This document shows, piece by piece, positions 53,021-64,000 of a stretch of 64,000 bases of DNA. This stretch comes from Lingula anatina. Taxonomy: Eukaryota > Animalia > Brachiopoda. The position numbers were made by a program, and so were the translations under genes. How positions within the stretch are numbered: the stretch's first letter is position 1; every line of letters begins with the position of its first letter. Below the pieces are notes generated by a model, which was not told the DNA's origin, ran no database searches, and was given only the letters and a program-made list of their open reading frames with translations. The stretch lies in the NCBI GenBank assembly GCA_051362555.1, contig CM120640.1:49578788-49642787 (forward strand), written 5' to 3'.

Positions 53021-55240
53021 ATGTTGAGCGTGTGCACATATGTCATTTTTGTTGCCTTTTTGGCGGTTCCATGGGAAATTGGACATGTGGTTGCTGTGGA
53101 AAAGACCGAAGTTATCACAAATAAAGTGCAGGGGTTTGAATACGGTGATCCGCAGAATTGCCCGCAGACGACGGATATGCTAGAAGTCATTCCCTTTAAC
53201 GGGTGGGACAATCTCCGTAACGTCGACATGGGTCCTGTCGTGGCGCTCAATTATTCAAAGTGTCGAATAACACAGGACAGAAAATTCATGATTCCAGACG
53301 ACACATACGCTGTTCCACTAAAGAAAAGCAATGTCGAAACGTACTCTGAACTTTATTCGCACTTTTTAAACTACACCAGTGTGACGTCGAGCTCGATAAA
53401 TCTTGAGGCGCATGCATCGTGGCCCTTTGGGTCTGTCAGCGGCTCTTTCTCAAGGTCTTACCAAAATTCAAAGATGCACATTACGGGAGATAAATCCGTT
53501 CTTAGCAGGGTGCAGCTACGCTACGTCTTATACAAGATCCGTAGTCAGCCAGACCCCCAACTCCATCCTACCTTCAAAGATCGTCTGCTAGAAATCGCGT
53601 CCTTTATACAAGAAAGGGACAATGACACTGTCACATATCTATCGGAGCTTCTTGTTCGCGATTACGGTACTCATTTTGTTACCGGCATTAACGCCGGAGC
53701 AGCAATCATTCAAGAAGACCACTTAAATTCATCGTACGTTAAAAACATGGACAATGACCGGTCTACTATCAAGGCTTCAGCTGGCGCTTCTTTATTTGGG
53801 TTCATCGGCGCCAGCGGGTCTTATACCCATACTGTAGAACACGACAAACTAGAAAGATATCTCCAGAGTCGCGTGACTTCTCACACAGACACAGTGGGGG
53901 GACCACCGTATCGCAGCAATTTCACGCTGGACCAGTGGGTGGATGATTTACAAAACAACCTTGTAGCCGTGGACCGCGAAGGTGATCCGCTGTACTACAT
54001 CATTACGACAGGTACGTTACCAGAGTTACCGCTGGATACAGTGCGTGATTTAGCCGACAGCGTTCAGAAAGCGGTGGAGAGTTACTACTTGTATAATGTC
54101 TATCGTGGCTGCACTAGTGTCGACTCTCCTAATTTTAGTTACATTGCTAACTTTGATGATGATACCTGTGTAAATCCTTTCACAAATTTCACGTTCGGGG
54201 GTGTTTACCAGACATGTTCTGGAGGACTGTGTTCTCCTGGGGATTCCCTGGTAAATCATAAAACTGGAACGTATTCCTGCCCTCCCCAATACACTGCGGT
54301 CCTTTTAAATGAAGGCAAACTGCGCAAATGTCACCGGGAATGTAACCATTTTTGGTTTGTCACCTACGGCTGCCATGACGTGTGTAATGACAGAAATTAC
54401 CAGATTTACTGGTGTGCTGCAACTGGAGAGGTCGAACAAGAGTCGGGCTTTTTATTTGGTGGTACTTACACAGCCAATGCAGACAACCCACTGACACAGG
54501 GGAAGAGTTGTCCGGTTCATTTCACAGCGCTTAAACTGGGTGTGCCGCTTCCTATTTACCTATGTGTCAGTGATGATTACGAACTGGGATTTCGTTATGC
54601 CATACCTTTCGCTGGTTTCTTCAGCTGTTCTTCGGGAAATCCGCTAGCTATTTCGCCACACATACCTAACCTTCACAAGCGCTCTGTTGAAGGGGCGCCG
54701 TTGGGTTTAGCTGCTATCATGATGGACGCTGGTGCGCCTTTTTGGCCCAAAAAATGCCCGCACGGTTACAGTCAACACCTTCTTGCAATAAACGAAAAAT
54801 GTGAGATTAACTACTGTGTGAAAGCCCACGCCCTCACGCCAAATGCTCTTCCCATTATCAGACGGCCTCCGTTCCAATTGAAGCCCAAACTTCTGCGCAA
54901 TGGCACTCGCTTACTAATGTCTGCTTCCGGACGCGTTTTAATGAAAGGTGGCGGATTCTCTACATGGCACGCGACAAAATGGGACGAAACAAACATGTTT
55001 GAGGTCCAAGCAGCAGTGGAAACCCCTAGAACAATGCAACCGAGCGGATCTGCCAGCCGTTCCAATGAGACTGGACTCACTGTCGCCGTTTCCATACTAG
55101 GCACGGCTTTGTGTGGAGTAATTGTAGGACTGATAGTGTTTGGGGTAGTAAGGCGTCGCCGCCTGTCCCCAGCGTCTTCGGATGAGCATACCGCGATAGC
55201 TAATTACGGTGGCTTGGGGGAACACACATCTGGAGTGTGA
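53021..55240 (+). CDS. MPEG1: Macrophage-expressed gene 1 / perforin-2 (739 aa), intronless CDS
   Basis: Signal peptide; GWDNLRNVDMG; MACPF signature YGTHFVTGINAGA; VAVDREGDPL; GCT...SPNF...ANFDDDTC; FTFGGVYQTC; P2 domain (FAGFFSCSSGNPL, CPHGYSQHL); TM helix; short tail with YGGL. Confidence 0.97.
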   Translation: MLSVCTYVIFVAFLAVPWEIGHVVAVEKTEVITNKVQGFEYGDPQNCPQTTDMLEVIPFNGWDNLRNVDMGPVVALNYSKCRITQDRKFMIPDDTYAVPLKKSNVETYSELYSHFLNYTSVTSSSINLEAHASWPFGSVSGSFSRSYQNSKMHITGDKSVLSRVQLRYVLYKIRSQPDPQLHPTFKDRLLEIASFIQERDNDTVTYLSELLVRDYGTHFVTGINAGAAIIQEDHLNSSYVKNMDNDRSTIKASAGASLFGFIGASGSYTHTVEHDKLERYLQSRVTSHTDTVGGPPYRSNFTLDQWVDDLQNNLVAVDREGDPLYYIITTGTLPELPLDTVRDLADSVQKAVESYYLYNVYRGCTSVDSPNFSYIANFDDDTCVNPFTNFTFGGVYQTCSGGLCSPGDSLVNHKTGTYSCPPQYTAVLLNEGKLRKCHRECNHFWFVTYGCHDVCNDRNYQIYWCAATGEVEQESGFLFGGTYTANADNPLTQGKSCPVHFTALKLGVPLPIYLCVSDDYELGFRYAIPFAGFFSCSSGNPLAISPHIPNLHKRSVEGAPLGLAAIMMDAGAPFWPKKCPHGYSQHLLAINEKCEINYCVKAHALTPNALPIIRRPPFQLKPKLLRNGTRLLMSASGRVLMKGGGFSTWHATKWDETNMFEVQAAVETPRTMQPSGSASRSNETGLTVAVSILGTALCGVIVGLIVFGVVRRRRLSPASSDEHTAIANYGGLGEHTSGV

Positions 55241-56248
55241 TTGTTATATTTCCGTTTTCAAAATTTTTTCGGAGACCAATACCTTTGAGCGTCTTAGTGA
55301 AAAAAAAAAAAAAAAAGAAATTGAAAAAAAAACGTTAAATCAATCAGTATAGAGTAAATAGGTAATGCGAAGGTGCACCTTTGATTTCATCAGAATACAT
55401 ATGACGAGGAAATTTGCCAACTGTCCAAGGGATTGTGTGCTTTACAATACTCTATTTAGTATTCATTTATATTTTTTATTATAGTGCATGTAATATGATT
55501 AAGAAGACATATGAACCCCTGGCGATTAGCACTAAAGCAAGGTCCGAGTGCTTTCCATGTTGACAGGATACAGAATTACGATAGTCAATACAAGCATTTG
55601 TAAATTCTAGGCTTTGATAATTGTTCCAACTCTAAAGCACCGAAAGCGTATAATGAGCTAAGAATTCAGCTAAATATATAGTTTAGTTTGTCTTTATTGA
55701 TTTTTTTAAAATAATTTTTCAAAATTATTCACTTGTGTTGAAATGGATTAAATCTGGATATTATAAGCTAATGTTATTATTAGATATGCGATTGAACGGG
55801 GAGGGGAGGGGCGTGCATGGATGTGAACGTTTTATTATACATCTAAAAATGACGAATGTTGAGCTTCATGTATTTCCCTAAAGTGAAATCCTACTTTGAT
55901 TTTTCACTATACCTAAAATCAAACTAATGATAGCCACTTTTAAAGCCGTTCACGGGACACCGGTATAATGTCAATATATAAGCATATACTTCGGTTTGGT
56001 ATATTTAAACCAAGATGAAAAGTTCTGTTAAGTGTCTTTATTGATACACTGTATAACGTAATCACAAGGTCTCGTTACCCTCGTGGTCATGACTCAGTGT
56101 TTAAATTGGTATTTCTACGACATGTAGTACATGTAGGGCCTATACCACCCACGACCTCGCTTCTTCCGTGTTTTCGCTTAGTAGTCGTTCCTACGCATAC
56201 GTTTAGTGTTGTGTGAAATAAAAAGTAAACATTAAGTGATAAATTATG

Positions 56249-58495
56249 TTATCCGTTGTCACATTGGAGATGGACATTTGATTGCTGCCGAAGGTCGTCA
56301 AATATTTGACTTTGGGCCACGGTGAACATTGTTTTCCATTCTCCCGGCAAACCTGGGGAAATAACGAACATATGAATATATTTTAGACACTGATGAATGT
56401 TTTTAGTGTTATTTCATTTTATCTATTGTCATTATCAACAACTAAAAGTGTGTTTGAGAGAGAGAAAAAAAGGGGGAGATATTATTCTCACCGATGTCCG
56501 ACGGAATTGTATCTAAAGCAAAGGAATTTTTATGACTGTCATCAGTTGAAGGATGCTCTTCCCTTCGTTGTCTTTTATTAGATGGGATGAAGTCAACGCA
56601 GTCGTTAATGGACGTGGTTAGGAATGATGAAATTTTAGAAAGAGTGCCGCTTGGATTCTGAAAAGATTTATTTAACTTTTTAATATGCGCATACAGTGTA
56701 TTTTAATATTTAAAAGTATGTCATTTGGAAACTTGCGTGAAGGCATTTTGGGCGGTTACTGAAGTCCGTTACAATGTAGCACGATCAGGAGCTTACCTTG
56801 ATCAAATCTTCTACTGCTAAATTGAGGACATTAGATCGTTGTTTGGGCAGCTGAAGCCATTCTGCAGTGCTTTCAAACCAGTTCACAATTCCTACGTAAA
56901 AGCAAAACGTAATCTTTAATCACAGACGACTTCATAATGCGGTTACTCTCAACGTTAGATCACGTATGAATAGCTTGCTAAGAAAAACATTATTTTTATG
57001 CGTGAGCTGACAGGCTATTAAACCGCCAATCTGCTAAAACAGAAGATAGAAGATAAAAATTGAACACCAAATATAGCACGTTCGATTTGGAAAGGCCTTG
57101 AGTAAATACCATTTACTGTCTTATTATAATGTGGCCGTGCAATTTTCTAAATGATAACAAATAAGAGACAAAATTCCCAAGGAATGACAAAAAGTGCAAA
57201 CTTCTGTATGGATTAGGCCTAGTTTACTACATACTGAATTGTTAAAGATTACGTGAACGTCCATAGATATTTAATTCTGTTTTTGCTATTACCTGAGCCT
57301 TGTGTGGGTTCTGTTATTGATTTTAAACAAAATGTGAAAAAATCATGCCATGAGACGTCAAAACCATTATGTTGAAGTCGCAGTCTTTTGTATAACTCTA
57401 CATAAGAGTCCTTTGGGTTTCTGTAAACATGGATTATTCTGCAGGAAGAATGTAGAACGGACGGTGCTATTAACTTAACAGGCAGGTGCGTGAGACATAC
57501 TCGAGGGGACGGGGATTGAAGTTGGTGCATCAGCTCTTCGGGGCTCAGTTCCTCTACGCATCTGGGTGTTTGTGGGCTGCAAGCCTGGGTGAAAGGCCGC
57601 CCTAAAGCTTCAGTGACTAGTGGAAACATCAAGTGTGCGCCTAGAAAATTGAGTAATTCAAATATTTAAAAAATGCCTCAGGATCCTGTAATAAGCATTT
57701 ATGGAACAAATCGCAATACAACTGTACAGGAAACTATACAAAGCCGCTAAGCTGCCTACTATGCCGATATATTAAACACTCAAATTACTACAAATGACCA
57801 CATGTACAATGACAAATACTAGGTTTCCGAAATTTAATTTTTTTGTTCCTATTACGTCTTCACTCTCACTCACCACTGCAAAGAATTAATTGAAATCAAA
57901 TGTTGCAATTTCAGCCATTTTGAAGGATGCGAAAGCATTATTCTGCGGACGCAGAGTGAGTCGGGGTTTTATCCCTTTTTTGAAAGAACAAGCTGGGTCC
58001 GCCATAGATCCACCTTTGCGTACTCTTTGTCTAATGGAGGTCCTATATTGAGTTAAGATAATCTGACCGTTGTGCAAAGAACATATCTTGCATCGTGACA
58101 ACACGACATCACTACTAACTCGCTGACAGTTACTGTAAAGAGGGTTTTCTGGGCAAACAACGCATTCATAACTGCCATGACAACTGAAACCATGAAACTA
58201 GGATATTCAAGCCAACGGCTTGCGGTGTGGGTTTTGTCAGAGTTATTGGGAATAAACAATTTGCAGCATATTTAAATAAGTGAATTACCGTTATTCAGCA
58301 ACCGAAAATATTTGATTTGTCACGTTCAATCTTACCAGACCCAGGAAAACTTGTAATCCACACATCGTCATCTTTGACGTCTTGGAGACTGACAGCATTT
58401 AGAATGCTTTGCTTGGGGTCGGACGACTGCGTGAACCAATCTAGAACTTGCCTGTTACTCTCGAGTATATCTAATACGCTGACCCTACCACTCAT
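56249..58495 (-). CDS. Cytosolic sulfotransferase-fold protein (~290 aa) with degenerate PAPS-binding motifs, exons 58336-58495, 57293-57640, 56797-56891, 56492-56657, 56249-56352
   Basis: DDVWITSFPGSGA, SPRVCLTHLP, IIHVYRNPKD, WFE...W, VEDLIKNP, GLPGEWKTMFTVAQ..FD. All five exons are in phase with no stops. Confidence 0.85.
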
Positions 58496-60001
58496 TTTGC
58501 TAGAGTGGTAATGCAGAGTTTTAACACCACAGCTCAGTGCAAACCTTACTTATTGATTCCTCTTCGCCGAACAAACATCGTTTGTATTATGTGCCGCCGT
58601 TGTGTTTATAGCTTCTATTATTTGTGAAGTGCTTAGAAAATAAGCCCTGCTAGGATAACGAAAACATCGAGTTTAGAGAAGGAAAGCAATACAATCCGTG
58701 AAATTTTGTATGTATGTAGACATTTCGGCAAGAAGCAGGTTTTGGGAGCTTTGAGTATAGATATAGAAGACAATACGCATGAAAATTTTTTAAAGTTTTG
58801 TTTGTATTTTCGTTAAACATGAAAGAGGAGGTGGGTGAATAATATATATATTGAACATATTATTTTTAATTAAATTACTATGGTAGGTCAAAAAATTATT
58901 GGTGAAAATGCTGACCTTGCCATGCTTAATTCACTTCAAAGACATCTTTATTGTACTGCCTATGAAAAGTAGTCTTTAATCAAACCTACATCTTTAATCT
59001 GAAAAATGACTACTAGTTCATAGCATATTAAATTGATTTTTTTCAAAATATAAGAAAAATATTGGTTTGATTTCCAAATATAATTACTGGAGGTAGCAAA
59101 TAATATTGCGGAGTCAACCTACAGATATCAAAACGTCAAGAAATTCTCTGATAAAGATTAAAAATTTTAACGGATTATCTGAGAAAAAGTGTATTATCCG
59201 ATTAACGTTATTAACGAACGATATCCACAAAACAGTTTACAACAGTCATGAAAGATAAGGCAAAAAGTTTTTTTATATCTATTTCCTGATGTAAAAACTT
59301 TTTTTCAACAAACTCCAGCGGAATCACAATGAGAACTGACATCACAACTGCACAAACATTTGTATTTCAAAACTTCAGCATATTTTCTACAATATGAAAG
59401 CCAGGGCAAAATTTAGCATCATACAAAAGGTGTAAACACTCTATAAAACTGGGTGAAAATTAAAGACGCAAACCTCTGAAATAATTTGATAATACAATGT
59501 GTCAACTGTAAAAGTCATTCCTTTAAAGAAAAACAATTTTTTTCATATTCATCACTGCAAAAGTATATTTCATAATTAGAAATAACACCAGTTTTATATG
59601 TATTTAATTAATTTCCTTACAAATATATACAATATTTGCTGTGAGAATAATATCAGACTTCCAGTCACTGTAATTACACCTCCAATATCTTCAGTAGGAA
59701 TAGTCCTGTTTGGCAAACTAAGGGTCCTGATTTCACAATGATCAATGAGTATTTTTTTACAAATGATAACATGATGATTGGAATGCTGCAATCTAAAAGG
59801 ATAAGTCAGCAAAGAGCCGATATTTATTATATGTCTATATAAACGACTCACACTATACAAAAAAAATAATAATAAAAAAAAAAACATTTCACTTAAATAC
59901 CTTCATTAAAGCAATGAGTATCAATTTGAATAATCTTAAAATAAAATTCTAAAATCGACTTGAGTTCCACACCTACAGGTATTGATAAATTTTTTTGATG
60001 A

Positions 60002-60006
<5 letters not shown>

Positions 60007-60060
<54 letters not shown>
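60007..60060. repeat. (TA)n microsatellite; similar tracts at ~47450-47482 and (CA)n at ~14896-14932
   Basis: Direct inspection. Confidence 0.95.
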
Positions 60061-60062
<2 letters not shown>

Positions 60063-60445
60063 CGTAACCTGTATGTATGTCTCATGGCATGTTCTATCCT
60101 TTTCAAGCATTAAAATTGAAATCCAAGTCAAAAAGAAAAAAATGTGATATCTTTCACAGGGCTTAGCCAACTTAAGCATAAATGCTCATAAAAGGACATT
60201 CTTGCAAATGGTATTTCTGAGCTTGGATCCCAACAACGAAATTGTTTAGAGCTGAAACATTCCTGACGATGCCACGGAAACTTCTTTGCATTTTTCTTCA
60301 TGCAAATAATGTCCCTCCAGTTCTCTTTGGCAAGACCACTGTCAAATATCTTACACATAGCTAACCATTTAGTACAAACAAAGCATGATAAACATGTGCT
60401 AACCATGGTGCTATCAGGAGGTACACATGGAATAATGCAAGACAG

Positions 60446-62169
60446 TTATGGTGTTAGCACATCCTCCATATAATCCAGGTCTCCATGCATGTCTTGCTGG
60501 GAAATTGTTCTGTCAGTTGTCAAGTCATCCATCTGAAATATTGAAAAATATCTAAAGCCTGTTTTTGAAAGCAATACAGTAATTACTACTAGCCGCTCAG
60601 CTTATCACTGCAACCAGACTACCAGGTCATCATTGCCAAATGTTAATAACAACAACACTAATAAAATAAATAAATTAATTAAATAATAATAATAATAATT
60701 AATAAACAATTACCCCACTGCTTTTTAAAATATCATCTGCCCCTGAAAAGTCCTCTTCATCAATCTCCTCATCTATTTCTTCTGCTATACTCTGACTCTT
60801 CTCAGATCTGTCCTGCTTATCAGACCTGTTACTCCTGGCGCTCTGAGAATTACTTTTTCTACAATGACAAATGAAGTACCAGTGGACACATGCTTCACAT
60901 TAACCCCACTTTCTTTAAATATTTACAAATAAATATCCAACTGCCCAAGGTTTATTGCTAACCAAGAGTGAATATGCTGATTTGTAGGAAATGGAAATCA
61001 CTGAGTGAAGTTGATGCTTAATTCTAACAAACTGCTCAAAATAACAGCAAAATTGCAGCTGCCAAGTGATTACAAGCAATTAAAATATCAATATAGGAAA
61101 ACCTCATTTACATAAGTACCTGTACTGATACATGTTAAAACCCCAAGCATACTGAGGAGTCTATAAACTGTCCAGTTATATAAAAAGTAATGAATCATAG
61201 CCTTCCTTAAAATATCACTAGCATCTTTGGTTATACTTACCCATCACTTCTCTCACTTTGAAAATCATCTTCATAATCGTCATCATCTGGCAATTCTAAG
61301 TAAAAAGGAATAGCATTATCATGAAAGATAAAGGATTTAAGTGGAAATATAATTCAAACCTGTAAAAGTTCAAATCTGATAGTTATTGAAAATGTTTAGA
61401 GAAATGGATCAGGGTGTGATTATGTTCAGGCTATAAGACTAAATATTTCACCATAAGAAGATGCATGGTTCTTGCTGCTTCTTAGGTTCTCTATATGCGT
61501 TAAAAATATCTGTATGAGCACACTTTTTCTTTTTTCTTTGAAGAAACCCACCAAATCCAAGGTCAGCAATCCTTTTATCTATTGCTCTAAGGTCTTTTTC
61601 AAGATCTGCTGTTGCATTTAAATCTGAAAAAAAAATCCCAATCTGAAAATCATGGTATGCCCAAATTTTTTACGCCATACACATGCAAGGATTTTTAATG
61701 TCTTGCCATCAGGTTAAATGCTCCATTTTCCTTGAAATAACAGGGGTTTAAAACAGGGCTTCAAGGGTTTTAAAGAGAGTTGGGGGAGATAAAATTTTAT
61801 ATTTCTCTTAGTTATATTATTTGAACCTGTATAGTAGCATTTGGTTGGGTTTTGTGGCAGAAATATGACTTTAAATGCATATTTAAAACAAATGCTTTCA
61901 ACTGTCTTTGCTATATACCAGACTAACTCTACAGTGTTATTATCTTACCTGGTTTTTCCTTTGTTACACCAGGTAAAGGTGGTACATCTTTCAGGGAACC
62001 TAGCATACTTCCTCCTAGGGGTGGCATGCCTTGTAGGGAGCTCATCCCACTGCCTCCATTGGTCTGCTGGACCCCAGACTTGTTCATCTTACTGCTGCTG
62101 TTTTGTTGTTGTGAAATACTGCTGCTGGAGGCACTGTTATCTTTACTTGATTTTTCTTTGCTGGCATTA
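60446..62169 (-). CDS. CEP43: 3' portion of centrosomal protein CEP43 (FGFR1OP); exons 61949-62169, 61552-61623, 61241-61295, 60714-60858, 60446-60532; upstream exons not found in this window
   Basis: GSLKDVPPL, DLRAIDKRIADLG, DDDDYEDDF, SIAEEIDEEI and DDLTTDRTISQ...DYMEDV* match the recalled FGFR1OP C-terminus (DDDYVDDF, SIGEEIEE, DDLTQDLTVSQ..DYLEDV). Confidence 0.8.
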
Positions 62170-64000
62170 CTGAAGTCACAATTAATATGTTAAATGACTT
62201 GTTTAGAAAACAACAGGGAATACATAACATACATGTTCATCCAAATTACAATATGATCAAATAATTCACATAACTATACACATACACAAATGGTGTGATA
62301 TTTTAATTTCAAGTCATATTGCCTCCACTGATAATGTATTATGATAATTACTACACATATATTTGACTTTCAGTAAATGTTAGTTATAAATATTTGAGTG
62401 AGTACTTAAGCACATCAAAATTAGTTTAAATGAACACCTGCAACAGATCACTTAGTTCAACACAAAAGCAATGTGCAGACATAGTACATGGGTGTATATA
62501 CTGTAAATATATATACTTGCACACTGTTACTAGTAACAAAATCACTGATAATAGAATCATATTAGGAACATCTAAGGAACAGTAAAACCAGTCAGTAAGG
62601 TGTTTGATTTAAATTAATCTATATGAAATAGCTATGATGTTGCTAATTTCACAGCAGTACATGGATTGCACTCAAACTGCTGAGGTCTATTGAACTATTA
62701 ACTTGCATGGTGATGTCCTGAGGATATAGTGAACTATGCCGGTAGATTTAAAATTGACTGCATTTATATACCTTTTTTGTCCATCAAGTAACTCCATGTT
62801 TGAAACACTTACCTTTTCTGATAAATAAATTTAGGGAAATAGGGGATTGGACTATAGTGACAATTAATCCACTGTTATAAAATCCAAAAGGTTTGTGGAA
62901 AAAATGTTTTATCTTAATACCAATAGTAACACTTTTTAAGCATTTATGCTCTCATCCTAAAACCAACAATTGAAAGAAAAGTAAATGGCACATATTAGAA
63001 TTCTTGAATGTTTAATAAAACAAATATGTTTTTATAAAGGCAGAAATTGATGAAGCACAAGAAATTGTAGATAAGATGAATCAAGAAAACCAGTAATAAC
63101 TTGACAATGTTGCATGACAAAACTTGCCAGGGACAAGGCACTGATAAAATGGGAATGCAAAACAAGGGAAGGGTTATCTATAGGATTTTTTAAGCAGACT
63201 CTACTTGCTTTGATATTTCACTCACTGACTAACATCTGGGTATGGGAAATACCCAGTCTAAATCATCTGTCACACGTTTGTTTTCTAATCACCAAGGATG
63301 AACTGTATTTCAAAAATGGCACACCACCACAAGTCCATGAGTGCAGTCCTATGAACACCAAATGGCTGTTAGTTGCCAGAAAGGGGGAAGCTTGGTGTTA
63401 GTCTGTGCTGGGACCAAAGGCTGCATAGTTAGAAATGAATTTAAAAACTGGGGAGACATCTACTGAATATCATATTTTGTCATTCTCAGATATCAAACCA
63501 GACAAAATCCACATGATAAAATTGATATCTAATCTGTTCTAAGGCAAAGGAAGCAATTATTTGACAAAAAAAGTTTTGATCCCATTTTCACTATCTTTCC
63601 TAAATGATACAGTCAGCTCCTCTTTTTATTCATTCAAATATACAATATTCAAACACAATTTTAGATAATTTTCTGCCATTTCTCACCATAACAAAACTTC
63701 ATGTATGATCTAAAATCTAGAAGTCCTAAAAAAACTAGTGCTGATTTAATAATAAGCAATCACAAAATCTTCTTCATTTTGATAAAAAAGTTGCCTCCTT
63801 TGTCTTTCAGATTACAAACTGTTTTCATTTTCAAGCATATCTTCTCATTTAACATGTTAATGGTTCTCTGTATCTTTAAAATACCCAGCAGATGGCACCT
63901 CATGTAAGGAAAAAATTGTACTTCTAGCTGCCTAGCAACAAGCATGCATGGGCAGTCTAACCCACACGGGTGGACTAACCTCCTGTCAGGGGATAATATG

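Noticed and set aside
56420-56491. Read-through end of sulfotransferase exon 4 giving a truncated protein
   Set aside because: A gtgag donor at 56491 joins exon 5, which restores the conserved GxxGxWK..FTV motif.
58900-59525. Possible TTAA-type MITE ends (CTTTAA at ~58979 and ~59526)
   Set aside because: Both ends face the same way; no matching inverted partner was found.

Overview
AT-rich, intron-rich animal genomic DNA, most consistent with a lophotrochozoan, probably a mollusc (inference; the taxon cannot be fixed from sequence alone). I reconstructed nine protein-coding genes by hand with frame-consistent GT-AG exons. FAM219A-like (-) is head-to-head with dynein intermediate chain DNAI1 (+). 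An ankyrin/SOCS-box gene with an intronless CDS (-) is head-to-head with SMIM14 (+). ZCCHC8 (-) is head-to-head with an uncharacterised 446-aa gene (+). The remaining three are intronless MPEG1/perforin-2 (+), a sulfotransferase-fold gene (-) and the 3' part of CEP43/FGFR1OP (-). Introns carry many non-autonomous DNA transposons with visible TIRs/TSDs (Kolobok-, EnSpm-, PIF/Harbinger-, ISL2EU-, P- and Helentron-like), several of them nested. Most notable: a FAM219-DNAI1 bidirectional pair that mirrors the human arrangement; two variant U12-type introns in ZCCHC8; an intact sulfotransferase lacking most PAPS-binding residues (candidate pseudoenzyme); an orphan gene with a possible Bro-N/KilA-N-like N-terminus whose exons 2-3 sit between inverted Helentron copies; and an IRF/NF-kB/AP-1/ETS motif cluster upstream of MPEG1. 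Homology calls come from recalled motifs; no database search was run.
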